64,000 bases of DNA, taken from NCBI GenBank assembly GCA_964234715.1, contig OZ174291.1; one strand, written 5' to 3'. The notes beneath the pieces were generated by a model. It saw nothing but the letters and a program-made list of their open reading frames with translations, was not told the origin of the DNA and did no database searches. Position 1 is the stretch's first letter. Each line of letters starts with the position of its first letter. Positions 12,110-24,040 of this stretch are shown here, one piece after another. Source of the stretch: Podarcis melisellensis (Eukaryota). The position numbers were made by a program, and so were the translations under genes.

Positions 12110-12600
12110 AGGAAACTTAATGGACCTGCTGATAGGCTACATGAGGGTCAATGAACTGAAGCTCAGTCCTGACAAGATTGTAGTTTGGCTACAATGATCC
12201 ATGCTCTGGCAACTTCCCATTTACACTACTGCTGGATATTGTGCATGGGGCTGCCTTTAAAAGACAATCTGAAAATTGCAAGTGGTAAAAAAATGCAGCT
12301 GCTAGCTGAGATACTGGATGCATTACTGGTGGCCACATTTCTGAGCCTGTTCAACATACCAGCCTGGCTCTTTAAAATACTGCACAGCAGCTTGGGATAA
12401 ACATACATTATGGAAAGCCCATGCCTCCACCATCCTGCCATGAGAGTACTACTACCCTTCTTCATATTAGCCCCACTGTCAGGAATAAGGCTTCTGTCAG
12501 CGGTGTGCGCCAGTTACAGAATTGCCTTCCCAAAGAATGACGCTTTTCATTTAGGTGTCAGGAAAAGAACCCCAAGTCTACTGTCCCGGGCTTTTCAGCT
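12110..12600 (+). mobile_element. degenerate L2-type LINE ORF2 C-terminal fragment
   Basis: Translates as NELKLSPDK and LATMIHALATSHLHYCWILCMGLPLK, resembling L2 ORF2 (LKLNPDK, ALVTSRLDYCN..GLP). Confidence 0.65.
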
Positions 12601-13034
12601 ACCGTTAAGCGCAGCAAGTTAGTCCTTGCAATCATTTAACAGGAAAAGGCGCACTCCGCACACGTTTACAGGCGCTCTTTACCTTCTCAGTCAAACCAAC
12701 TTTTTTACGCTCACACGAGAAGAACTAGGCGATTTCTCGCGGAACAAGCCTACCGAGAAGCATTAGCAAGGAACAGAACCTCCCCAGCTGGAGGCAGTCT
12801 ACCTCCAAGTACCTCCAGCTACTGAGGAGGCGGGGGCGGGGAGAGAGATACAACGGCAGCAGGCGGGGGACGTTGTCGCTTTCAACACCTGGCGAGCGAG
12901 GCGGATCCGGAGCGGCGGGGGCGACTTAGGAGGGGGAGAAGCGGCCTCCTTCGCAGCCGAGAGGGGGAAAGGCACACGCCGCCCGCCAGGTGGGGTTTTG
13001 AGGCCGAGGCCGAGGTCGCCTCCGCCTGCCGTAC

Positions 13035-13383
13035 CTTTGACGACGTCGCACTCGACGACGGGCCCGTACTCCTGGAAGAGGAGGCGGAGCTCGCCGCTGG
13101 TGCAGGCGGCCGGGACGTTGCCCACGAAGATCTTGACGGTGTGCGTGGGCCTGGGGCGGGAGGGCTCCACCACGACGCGGTGCCCGTGCAGGAACTGCCC
13201 GTTGAGCTTGAGGATCGCGCGCTCGGCCGACGCGTCGTCGCGCATGTGCACGAAGGCGAACTGCTTCATGAGGGCCACCCGCAGGACCTCGCCCGGCTCG
13301 GCCGCCTCGAACAGCTCGCGCAACTCCACCTGCGAGGTCTCCTCGGGCAGGTTGCCCACGAACACCTTCACGCCCGGGTGCAT
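13035..13383 (-). CDS. RBM14: RBM14 coding exon 1 (RRM1 and start of RRM2)
   Basis: ATG at 13383. Encodes [12 protein letters not shown]...[10 protein letters not shown]...[26 protein letters not shown]...ECDVVK. Donor G|gtacgg, 349 nt, phase 1. Confidence 0.93.
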
Positions 13384-13780
13384 CGGCTCGCCCTTCTCAC
13401 CGAGCGGAGCCAGGCAGGGACAGAGAGAGAGAGAGAGAGGAAGAGAAAGAGAGAGAGGAGGGGGAAAGGAGGGAGGAAGGAAGGAAAGAAGACACGCAAA
13501 ATGGCGGCCGCGGCGGTGACAGTGGCGGCGGCGCTGACCCACAGGAAAGGAGGGGCCCAAGTCGCCGCGCGTGCGCAGTGCTCTGCGCATTGACGCTCCC
13601 CTCCCCCTCACAAACCGTAAGGCCCTGAACTCTGAGGAAAGGATGCGAGGCGCGTGCGCAGTGTTGCTCTGACGTCGCTATGCGCGTGCGTACGAACACC
13701 CCCCCCCCCGGATAGCTACAGCAGCGTCTTTTAACCCTTAGAGCGTCGAGGCTGCATCTTTACATGAAATGCGTACGCGT
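13384..13780 (-). promoter_or_regulatory. RBM14: RBM14 5' UTR / CpG-island promoter
   Basis: YY1 motif AAAATGGCGG at 13498-13507, repeated NRF1-like GCGCGTGCGCA (~13567, ~13650), CRE-like TGACGTC ~13670, and a CT-rich tract in the leader. Confidence 0.8.
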
Positions 13781-13820
13781 GTCTAAGGGCGACATGTTAT
13801 ATTGATGGGTCCCTGTAAAG

Positions 13821-13945
13821 CATGGGAGTAGCCAAGGGGGGTGGGCAGCTGCCCCCCAGATCAAGAACAATAGAAACTCTTAACTAGACCAATCACGTCG
13901 TTTCTGCTCTCCCCCCCCCCACCGAAAATCCTGGCTACGCCTATG
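13821..13945. mobile_element. short hAT-like MITE upstream of RBM14
   Basis: Imperfect TIRs CATGGGAGTAGCCAAGG / CCTGGCTACGCCTATG. Degenerate 8-bp TSD CTGTAAAG/CTGTGTAG. Confidence 0.55.
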
Positions 13946-14074
13946 CTGTGTAGAGCACAGATTTAGGTAAAAATATAAACTACACTGTAGGTTGCACTTC
14001 TGGGTCAAATGGAACATTTCCTCCCCCGCTTACCTAAATTCCCCTTAGATGGAAGTTAGAGCTCTAAATCAATG

Positions 14075-14388
14075 GTTATTTATCACATTTATATGCCACT
14101 TTTTCCTTCAAAAAGCAGGCCCAAAGTCACCCAGTGCGCTTCACAAGCCAAGGCGGGGTTTGAACCTTGATCTCCCCAGGTCATAGTCAGTGGCGTAGCG
14201 TGGGTTGTCAGCACCCGGGGCAAGGCAAGTAATTTGCACCCCCTAACCTGTGGATTTGCGCCCCCTAACCCGTGGATTTGCACCCCTCACCCTAACCCCC
14301 AGATGTTGCGCCCGGTGTGGCCAGCCCCCCCTGCACCCCCCACGCTACGCCACTGGTCATAGTCTAACCATTACAGCATACTGGCTTG
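14075..14388 (-). mobile_element. MIR-like (CORE) SINE interrupted by a hAT MITE
   Basis: GGCCCAAAGTCACCCAGTG...GGGGTTTGAACC...TCTCCCCAGGTCATAGT. Related copies at ~36505-36690, ~45760-45860 and ~55330-55500. Confidence 0.6.
14188..14355. mobile_element. hAT MITE with perfect TIRs
   Basis: TIRs CAGTGGCGTAGCGTGGG / CCCACGCTACGCCACTG. Perfect 8-bp TSD GTCATAGT at 14180-14187 and 14356-14363. Internal ~22-bp tandem repeat. Confidence 0.9.
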
Positions 14389-14867
14389 TGATTGGCCTGC
14401 TCAAAAGTTAGCAAAGATGGGAGTTTCTGTTGTTTCTAAAATGGGTTAAACTTAAAAGTGCAACGTGTCCATTTGCAAGTTAATGTCAAACTAGGAGACC
14501 GGGTAGGGTGTATGCCTGAGTCCTCTCAGATTCCTGCACTCAGCAAGAATTCAATTGCTGGAACAGATTTTTGTTGATGTAGTGGCCCCCTAAGTATGGG
14601 TACTTAAGGTAACAGAAGAAAGTGGCTCTGAGGCAGACTCGCTGGTAGATAGAAAGCCAACAGAGTTGAAATGTGTATGTGAGCTAGAATCATAGAATTG
14701 TATACAGTACTACTTTTTCCTCTCCAGAGAAGTAGCTGTGTTAACATATTGTAGTAGTGTGATACCTTAAAGATCAACAAAGTTATTATGGCAGAAGCTT
14801 TTTTGAGTCAGATCAGAGTGGAAGCAGCTTTACCCCCCCAAAATGAGAAATCCAAGAATGTAGCATA

Positions 14868-15128
14868 CAGTGGTGCCTCGCAAGACAAAATTAATCCGTT
14901 CCGCGAGTCTCTTCATCTTGCGGTTTTTTCGTCTTGTGAAGCACGGCTATTAGCGGCTTAGCGGCTTAAAGAAAAAGGAAACAAACTCGCAAGAACTCGC
15001 AAGACGTTTCGTCTTGCGAAGCAAGCCCATAGGGAAATTCGTCTTGCGGAACGACTAAAAAAACGGAAAACTCTTTTGTATGGCGCGTTTTTCGTCTTGC
15101 CAGGTATTCGTCTTGCGAGGTACCACTG
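14868..15128. mobile_element. Tc1/mariner-pogo (Tigger-like) MITE
   Basis: TIRs CAGTGGTGCCTCGCAAGAC / GTCTTGCGAGGTACCACTG flanked by TA TSDs. Internal TTCGTCTTGC repeats. Confidence 0.88.
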
Positions 15129-15921
15129 TACCTTTAACTGGGCAACTGCATGTTCTCTCCCGCCCCCCCCCCCACCATAAGACCAATCTTTGATGCACTG
15201 TATAATTTGCATCTTACTAGTGGGACTTGCAACAAAATGTTGCAATACTCCCTTACCTCCTAACAGGAGTTCTGCTCAAGGTTCTAGCCATTCCTTACCA
15301 CAGGATATTCCAGTCAAATTCCCAACCTCCCCTTTTCCCCAAATCAGCATTCTTCAGCTACATCAGGCACTGTCCTCAATGACATTTTGGGGTGTGGGAT
15401 TTCTCTGCAAACATCAGGGTTTCTTAGGGCATACCAATACCTCAATCTTGTTTGTTTCTGAGTTATTAAATGGTCTCAAACTCCTTCCCTTCCTAGCTCA
15501 AATTCAGTGTTCAGCTGAAAATCCCACAAACTTGAGTGACTTGTATGCAAGGAAATTCCTGATAGGTAGAGTTGAAAAGGTCCCAGACCCTGCTTAGCTT
15601 TGCACATAAGGCAGGCATGTTATGCTTCTGTCCCAATCAAAAGCATGAAAGAAAAAATGCAAACTTCAGGAATTCTCTGAATACACCACAAAACATTCCT
15701 CTCATGCCAGATATACACACCAATAAACATGTCAAGCCAAATAAGACTGGATAGCTACTAAAAAGAATTTTAAGTTTTAATGGCTCTATTAAGAGCATAA
15801 TGGCACAGGTCTAGAGTATGCACACCTCAGAAGTTATGGATTCCCCTTCCCATCTCCCCAAAACATGCACTGTAGCACATAAGGCAGCCACAAACCCAAC
15901 ATGACAACTACTGTGCATTTA

Positions 15922-15927
15922 TTTATT
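15922..15927 (-). terminator. CCS: candidate CCS polyadenylation signal
   Basis: Overlapping TTTATTTATT (AATAAA on minus), ~930 nt past the CCS stop. Confidence 0.45.
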
Positions 15928-16856
15928 AATTCACAATAACGCCCCCTCCTCTGTTTCCATACTCACAATTATTAAGCTGGATTAGTTTCCCTATTCTGCT
16001 CATTAAACATGCACTGAAAGAGAGGGGGATAGCCACCCATTACCTTCCCCAACACTGTGTCCCAAGGGCAAGGATGGGAAACCTGTGTGTCCCTTCAGGT
16101 GTTCTGGGACTTCAACTCTCTACAGCCCCAGCCAGCACTGACCAATGGCCAAGGCTGATGGGAGTTGGGAGTCCAACAAGACCTGGAGTACCAATGGTTA
16201 AGTGTTGTGTTCATGTACCATGTATTATATACAGAATCACAGTGAAGGTTTATCGCAGGAAACACCACCTCCAAAGTTCAACCAAGATCCTTAATTGGCA
16301 ACAGAGGTGGTCAAGAAAGTGAGATGCAGCCAGCGAAGTCCTACCAGAGTAGACCCACTGAAACCAAGGGCCATGATTAACTTAAGTCCGCTGATTTCCA
16401 ATGGATATACTTGAGAGTAGGACTCATTGGCTACAATCAAAGTGAGTGTGTCTGAAAATAAGGCACTTGAAACACCCAAAGATAAAATTAGCAGACTTGT
16501 TTATGGGTGGCCCAAAGACACTGAAAGAGCAACAACACTTTCCAACAAACTCTTTGCTCACAAATGACTATTTTAGAATTCAGACAAGAATTCATTCATA
16601 TGACACATACCTCACAAGGACTGATGCTTTACCATGTCACTGCAGAATAGGCTACATTTCCCCCTCCTGTGCCGTTTAAGAACTTCACAATTAAGACATT
16701 CAAGGGGCTAATCGCTTGCCATTACTACGCCACTACAAAGCAGTACCCGTTGAACTCCTGCCTAACACATTGCACTTAGGAGACACAGGAAAATGAAAGC
16801 AGCTGGAACCCTTGGGACGTCCTAGCCCAAGGAGAGCCTGGGCAGAACTGCAAAGC

Positions 16857-17010
16857 CTAGAGATGAGAGGTGGGTTGGTCAGCGGCTTTCCGGTCTGGCT
16901 TGGCTGCAGGCCGCTCCCGTTCTTCCCACAGCGTCACTCCATCGCAGGTGCATATTTTCTTGGGGTTCTGGAAGAGGCCGGCAGAGCGCGCGATGATTCC
17001 ACAGGCCACT
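16857..17010 (-). CDS. CCS: CCS exon 8 (domain 3, CXC motif, stop)
   Basis: ttcccag|A. Encodes (R)[50 protein letters not shown]. Confidence 0.95.
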
Positions 17011-17089
17011 CTGGGAAGGAAAAGGAAGGTGGCTTAAGTCCTTATCTGCAGAGAGGACCCCTAGACCAGGTCTCTGCATCCCATTATTG

Positions 17090-17224
17090 CAGCCTTTCTC
17101 AACCTGTGGGTCCCCAGATGTTGTTGAACTACAACTCCCATCTCCCCTAGCTAGGAAGGCCAGAGCCCAGGGGTGGGAGTTGTAGTCCAACAACATCTGG
17201 GGACCCACAGGTTGAGAACCACTG
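17090..17224. mobile_element. palindromic hAT MITE in CCS intron 7
   Basis: Long inverted arms (TTCTCAACCTGTGGGTCCCCAGATGTTGTTG). Perfect 8-bp TSD CATTATTG at 17082-17089 and 17225-17232. Confidence 0.9.
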
Positions 17225-17985
17225 CATTATTGACTTAAAATAGATTTGCAGCTGCCTTCCCACAGCTCAAGCTCTGGAAAGACTTGGGTATGTTTGAAAA
17301 ATGATATTAAAAAAACAGCCACAAACACAAAAGAAGACCCAGCAGACTAGACACAGTCAAATCCAACTCCAGAGATGCATTGCATATCGTGGTGGGAGGG
17401 GAAACAATTTGGCTGGCAAGAACAGGATCCTTATTTTTACAAGTGGTTGGGGACACCTACTGGATGTCAGAATGTTATCAGGTGACCTGTTTTTGCAAAG
17501 CAGAAATTTGAACCGGTGGGAGGCTGTGGGTGTGAAGGAGCAGTCTTATGGGTGCACCTTGCTTGACCAAAGAACAACTGGGAGCTTTAAGCTCCCGATT
17601 GCTCCTCTGAAGTCTTGCCCTTTGTCCGTGCCATGTGGGTGGCGTGGCCTACTGAAAATGGCCTCATGGACCGAATGGGGAGCCCTGGAGGTCTACATGC
17701 TGACGGTTCCTCACCCTGCTGTACCTATTTAAATGGAAAACCAGTTGTGCGATCAATCACTGGCTAACCTTTTCCTCAAGGCTGTGAGGAGTCCAGGCAA
17801 GCAACACCTCCAGGTAGCAGGAAAGACTTGGGTCTGCCAAAGACCCTGTTGGTTTTCAGTGAGCCAGAGTAGGCAATGCTATGTCTGATGGACAAAGAAT
17901 CTCCCTGGTTTTAGACAGCTTCCTAGGTCAGGTGACCCACCTTGCAGCAGACAAAGAGAACTCAACAAACTCTAATCCTTCTTAC

Positions 17986-18089
17986 CTCTCACCCGAATTT
18001 CCAGTGACTTTTGAGAGCGGGTGGCTTCCGCGGCCCAAGTCGTCCTGCCCTGCATCTACCACCAGTGAGCGGCCGATGATGTCATGAAC
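17986..18089 (-). CDS. CCS: CCS exon 7
   Basis: ttttag|GTT...AG|gtaag. Encodes [34 protein letters not shown](R). 104 nt. Confidence 0.95.
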
Positions 18090-19245
18090 CTAAAATGGAG
18101 CATAGCAATGCATGTGCAACCAGTCCTTATCACTCTAGTGATGGTGGCAGCTCCCAGCAATGCCTTTTTCTCCCCAAAATTTTTTATTGGTTGACACAAT
18201 ATTATAAACAAACAAACAAACACACACACACACGACAAACAAACATAACAAACATAAATCATAGCCTTATTGAAAATTACAGTTATTAACTTTGTTAAGT
18301 GACTTCCTCGCTTCCCCTTGGTTGAATTTCATTGCAGCTCCCAGCAATGCTGGCCGTGAAAGGGGCACTATTGTACTTGATCCTAAACTGAAAACAACTC
18401 TGCCCAAACTATTGTGTCATAACAAAACTGTTTGGCCACTGGATGAAGTGCTGCAACACAGTGTGTTCCTGACCACTGTCAATGCTCTGAGAGAAGCTGC
18501 CAACAACAGAAGAAAACTGACAAGCAAAGCAGGTTTCATGAGCAACACCACAGAAAGGTCATTTTGACTGGGAAGAGCGTCACACAAAGCCTTGAGGCAG
18601 GGGTGGGTGTGATGTGCATTGATAGGAGGGAGCTCAGGAAAGTCTGTTTAATACAGCACAAGGTTTGCTCTGTGGAAAAGATACTGGAGTTTGTAGACAC
18701 AACAGAGCTGACGTGGGATTGGGATGCAAGTGAGCTGTGTAGGACCAAGCTGATTGCTAGCTTAGCAAAGGCTCTTTTTATTAGCAAGATATGCAAAACC
18801 AGCAGGATACATTAAGGGCTTTGCCCTTTACACTTCTCCAATCCCGAGCCCTTTGGGTGTTGCCTAGTTATCTACGCAACTTGCTCCGCCACATCATGTT
18901 CCCATTACAGGGGAAAATGAGCGATACCTTTGCAAAGGAGGTAAAGGTCAAGACATGGAACACTACTGAGGAGACAAAAGATCAAGGAGTGTGTATGGCG
19001 ACTAGACAGCTGTAGCTTGTCTTATGCTGCGGAGGAGGGTGTGCCCTCACTCTGCGACGCCATCCCTACAGGAGTTAATGAACAATCAAACTATAAAATT
19101 TTCCTACACTGGAAGAAGGGATCTATTGATTCTGAAGAAAGGGGAAGGGAAAAGGAATCAGCTGCCCTGTGTCTTGTTGTTTCCATCAGTTTTTTTATCA
19201 CAAGCCCACCTCACTGTGCTCCTCACATCCTCCAGGAAGCCTCAC

Positions 19246-19323
19246 CTTCAGCTGGTTGTCTTCCATCCGGAAGGAAGCCCTTCCATCATCAGCTGCCAAG
19301 ATATTTCCAAGATCCCCAGCATG
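19246..19323 (-). CDS. CCS: CCS exon 6
   Basis: ttgcag|CAT...AAG|gtgagg. Encodes HAGDLGNILAADDGRASFRMEDNQLK. 78 nt. Confidence 0.95.
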
Positions 19324-20320
19324 CTGCAAACAGAGCCCCAGGAAGCACAGTTAGATTCTGGGCAGCTCAGCCCAAAACCACTATGTCCGTTCCCTTTCTC
19401 TCTCCCTCCCTCTCATACACGCAACACAAACACATGTTAATCCCCTGCCTCCCTGCACACCTTTCTCCCCATCACAACCATGCTCCCAGCCAGCCCATCA
19501 AGCAACAGTTGGAGGAGTGCAGTTTACATGCCGAGGGACCATGCATGGGCTTAGGCAGGGATCTCCCCATGAGCTTGGCAGGGAAGCAGAAAAAGTTGTT
19601 GGTGGAAGTCAATTTGGCAGCCCGAGGGAACCTGCAAGTGCTACACCAAATTCGTCTGATTCTAAAGAGCTTTCACCAAATGTTGCCTTTCCCTGAAGCA
19701 GGCAAAAGATGCTTGCCTCTCCTTCAACGCTCACCCTCTGCCCACTTCTTGGGGTTTTTAACAAAAAGCTGGACTACTCAGAAATAAAAGTTCACACCAC
19801 AAGATCACACCCACAAATGGATGCTTAGCCTGCCCTTAACTCCCAAAATTGGAAGTGGGTCCCAAATCAGGGCTGCAAATATTTCATTTCATTCAGTAAC
19901 TTTATTATTAATTGGTGGGAAATAAATTTTGAATCACTATGGGCAGGTTTTAATTGGAGATAATGAGAGTTCAGGACACGGTTCTTTATTTTTGAGGTTA
20001 TTTTGGATCTGAAAAGTTATTGCAATAAGGAAAGAAAGAAGGATGCCCCTTCTAACAAATGAGCAATAGCTTGTACATTATCAGTATTCAATCAGTTACA
20101 CACACCAGGCTCATGGTCCTGGTTAACAATTAATTTCATTTATCAGTCAGCTAGTTAAAAAACAGTCTTTTGGTGACTTACGAGCAGAACAAAAATGCAG
20201 AGTTAAAGCACAGCACTCATCAATATGAAAACAAAACAACCACCTCAACACCAGGAGGGACCTGGAGGGTTCCCACTCCTGACATAAGTAATTTAATACC
20301 TGGTGATGCCACAAACTCAC

Positions 20321-20381
20321 CCTATGAACATCCTGGGGACCCCCATGACATTCCCCATGAGGATTGAAGTGGTCTCCACAG
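20321..20381 (-). CDS. CCS: CCS exon 5
   Basis: aaacag|C...AGG|gtgagt. Encodes (S)[20 protein letters not shown]. 61 nt. Confidence 0.93.
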
Positions 20382-20484
20382 CTGTTTGAGACACAAGAAA
20401 AGTTTTGATACCCAGAGTCAGTGAAAGAAAGGGCTCCCTAAAGCCAAGGAGATGCCTCAGAAGGTGCCTGTTAATGCCTCTCAC

Positions 20485-20665
20485 CTGTCGCAGGAATTGG
20501 TGACATCCCCAAACTCATGCACATGCAGGCCGTGCAGCCCCGGCTCCAGACCATCAATGGCACCATCAATGAGGCAGCTTTGTGGGGACAGCTGCAAGAA
20601 CCTCACCACACCCTGGACCAACCCTGGGCCAGACACCATTGCCACAGCGGCAGCACCGGGACTCT
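20485..20665 (-). CDS. CCS: CCS exon 4 (start of SOD1-like domain 2)
   Basis: tttatag|AG...AG|gtgaga. Encodes ESPGAAAVAMVSGPGLVQGVVRFLQLSPQSCLIDGAIDGLEPGLHGLHVHEFGDVTNSCD. Confidence 0.95.
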
Positions 20666-22398
20666 CTATAAAGGGAAGAGGTCGCACAAGTTTGCTGCTT
20701 GCTTCGAGGAGTTCCCTTGCACATGTCACTCTCAGGACCAAGAGACTTCCAGGAGAGGAAATGGTGGACTGACTCTCTCTCTGTCTACTCTCCACTGACA
20801 GAAGTTAATTTTGTAGTGATTGATGGTAATCTGACGAAATCACAGTGGGATAAAGAGTGATCAAGGGAGTAACCTCAAATGCTCTAATCAAAGCTGTTTT
20901 CTGCTGTCTGAACTGACACTGCGTCCAAACTCCTCGTAAGAACCCTTCATGGGTATAAGTTCTGCATCCTCCCTTAAACATTTTTGGGACAGGATAACCT
21001 GTAACTTAGCAAGATTTATCAGCCGGCTGATGAAAACTCACTGTCGGCAAACTTGCAAAAGCCACTTTCTGTCTTTAATGAGAGAGAAAAAACCAGTTGT
21101 TAAAGTGTCTAAGGCAGAGCAAAAAGCCCAATTTATGGTTGACGATAAAGATTAAGCAACTGAGGGAATTCATCATGTGAAAAATCTTTCTTTTTCTTCT
21201 TCTTGTGGCTGGGAAACTGAAAGTAAATCAGCCATCACTTCCTCTGTGGGGGAAAAATATTGTAGGAAAACAATGTTGCTGGGACTGTGATCTTAGGGTG
21301 GAACCTTAAGGCAGAAATCTTAAGTTAAAGTTGGAACTTATAAAGAAACTGTGTTATTAATAATGATGCTTTTACACAAAAGCAGGGAGGGCGAGAGAAT
21401 CTGCAACTCCTGCAATCACGACGAACGCTCTAGAACAGGGGTAGGCAGCCTGTGGCCCTAGGACAGGAATGAGAAACTTCTGACCCATGGGACACCCTTA
21501 GCTTGCTAGGGGTTCCCATTTTGGCCTGCAAGGCTGTTGTGGTTAAAACACAGCTACCTGTCAATCAGGGGACATCATCACAATGTTTGATGGGTGCTGT
21601 CAACCCCTGTGAACAGCCTATGGGTACTGAGCAGGGAGTTTTCCCCTGCTTGACTTTCCAGGACTTGAAGTGGCACACACAGTTGATCCCTGTATCTCAC
21701 AGGGCTGAACCTGCAGATGGGCAGAGGATTCAGTCCTGCTAAGTTCAGCTGCATATGCCAGTTCCGGTGGGGAACTGACACATGCAGCCCAATCTGTGTA
21801 GAAAGCAGAATTGCAACCCTCTACCCGTCAGATGGTGCACAGGGCGTTCAACCCCACTTGGTCACTATCTTCCCCATCCCCACTTATCAATTTTGGTGGT
21901 GGTGGGCAATCATGGGTGGTATCCAACTAAGTTAGAGTGGATTGTTAAAATTAATGTCCTTAAATTAGTCATGTTAATAAATGTCCATGAGTCTACTCTG
22001 ATCCAGTGATCTAGCCCTAAGGCCAAGAGTCCTCTGCAAATTACCCATTTGGGCAAGGATGGCTTGTCGACCCCCCAAACAGACTGATGGGTGGAGAAAG
22101 AGAGATGGCAGACAGCCACTGACAAGTTGCCCATGAGCAAATGTCACTCTCGATGGCAGGAGGGGAGGTTGACAACTCCTGCTCTAGCCACTGTTCTTCT
22201 CTGTACCAGCACATTTTCTGATAAAAATCCTTAGCCCGCCCCTCCCCCAACCCCCTGGTTAGCTAAAATTGCCAATAATCATGTGGGAGAAGATGAAGAA
22301 GCCATGATGCTTGGCACCTATTGAAAACCAGTTTTGAAGTTTGTTGTGGAGATATTCTAGGTGGGAAGCTGGAAGGAGGTGAGGCAGAATCAGCTTAC

Positions 22399-22536
22399 CA
22401 GGCACAGCAGCCCCCATCCCTTTCAGCACAGCACTGCGTCCCGTGCTCTCCAATAGGCTTTGGACCTTCTCAGCACCAAGGCTAGTCTCCACCAGCACAC
22501 TCTGTGATTCCAGCTGGACGTTAAGCACCTGGAGGC
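22399..22536 (-). CDS. CCS: CCS exon 3
   Basis: ccccag|GC...G|gtaagc. Encodes GLQVLNVQLESQSVLVETSLGAEKVQSLLESTGRSAVLKGMGAAVP. 138 nt. Confidence 0.93.
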
Positions 22537-22704
22537 CTGGGGAAGAGGTAGGAGGTGGAAAGAGATAGGGGAGAAGGTGAAGTGCAAAGACAGAAGTCAC
22601 TGCCATGATGCAACTGTTGCATTCCACACTAGTCCATTAAACTGCCCTGCTCCCCTGACAAGCCACCACTTTTGCTCATAACAAGAGTCTCCTCTTTTAT
22701 CCTT

Positions 22705-22915
22705 AACACAAAATATTCAGAAGACCTTCCTGGTGGCATAAGTGTTATGGCTGTGGAACCAACTGCCTTGGAAGGTGGTGGACTCCCAACTTTGCTGGAG
22801 GTTTCGAAACACAATCTGGATGGCCAGTGAGCAGGGATGCTGTGGTAATAAATTTCCTACATTGGCAGGGGGTTGGACTAGATGACCCCTGAGGACCATT
22901 CCAACAGTATGATTC
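22705..22915 (+). mobile_element. CR1 3' end fragment
   Basis: GTGGAACCAACTGCC...GTGGTGGACTCCC...GGGGTTGGACTAGATGACCCC...TATGATTC. Confidence 0.65.
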
Positions 22916-23967
22916 GTCCCACACAAACCTGCCTGTTGAGTACCACCAATCTGCTATATATTTTGGAAAGTGATTTGTCTGTCTGTCCATCTGTTCTCCA
23001 TAGGACTGGCTACCTCAAGATGTCTTTGCCAAATTTGGCACTAGAGTTCCCACACTGAGGGTAGCTGTTGTTGTCAATGTTTGGGCATTGGCTGCCATTC
23101 TGAAGCAAGACAGCAGACCAAAATGTCACTTTGGCGTGACTTTGTCTGGATTTTTTTGGCATAGGTTCAGTGGCCTTATAAGATATCTTTACCCCTGCTT
23201 CTTATTCTCCTGGTGGCATCTGTATAGTCACTGTTTCTTTTTTAAATGGCTAGCCATATGTTTTAGCAATGTCACAAGGTAGCTAACAATTAAAATAAAA
23301 AACAGCACAAATCAAGAAAATGATACAAACACCTGGCGGGGAGAAGTTTATCGGAGAAAAGGAGAACAAGCACAAAAGCTCAGGAATTAGCCTGGCACCT
23401 GAAATCAGGGAGTATCTAGGTTTGATGGACCGCCCTGAGTATATTGTTCCATTAAAAAGGCCCTTCTGCAAGGGGAGGTGTGGGAAACCTTTGGCTTTCC
23501 AGATGTTGCTGATTGACAGCTCCTATCAGCTCCAGCAAGAACAGCCAGAGATGATGGGAGCTGTAGGTTCAGTGATATATGGATGGCCAAAGATTCCCCA
23601 CACCTATCTTGGCAGATTTAGACAGAAGCACACAGAAGGCTTTTGATGTTGTATGGTAGCTGTAGACAAGATGAAGACCTAGATGGACGATTGTGCTGAT
23701 ATTGTAACACATTTTTTAAGTACTGCTGTGCTTTCTGAGGAGCGTCAATGTGAGCAGTGGGGAAAAATAAAATTGCAGTGCGCCTATGGAACAGGAAAAC
23801 TGCCCACTCCCTGGACAGCATTTAGAATTGTCCCTTCACATGTTGTTCAACTTCAACTACCATCATCCTTGCTGGCTAGGGCAGTAGTTGATGGTAGTTG
23901 GAGTTCAACAGCATCTGGGGGGCCGTAGGTTCTTGACAAATGCCACAGGCCTTCATCATCTGGTCAC

Positions 23968-24040
23968 CTGGTATTCCCTGCAGAGATGACTGAATGGCCT
24001 CAACACAATTCTGACACACCATCTGGACAGCAAACTCCAG
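23968..24040 (-). CDS. CCS: CCS exon 2 (Atx1-like MXCXXC domain 1)
   Basis: ttttacag|CTG...G|gtgacc. Encodes LEFAVQMVCQNCVEAIQSSLQGIP. 73 nt. Confidence 0.95.

Noticed and set aside
12799-13611. 270-aa ORF taken as a full protein
   Set aside because: Only 13035-13383 is RBM14 coding sequence. The rest is 5' UTR and intron read-through in a CpG island.
19017-19787. 256-aa plus-strand ORF
   Set aside because: Antisense to CCS exon 6 and its introns, non-ATG start, no recognisable domain.
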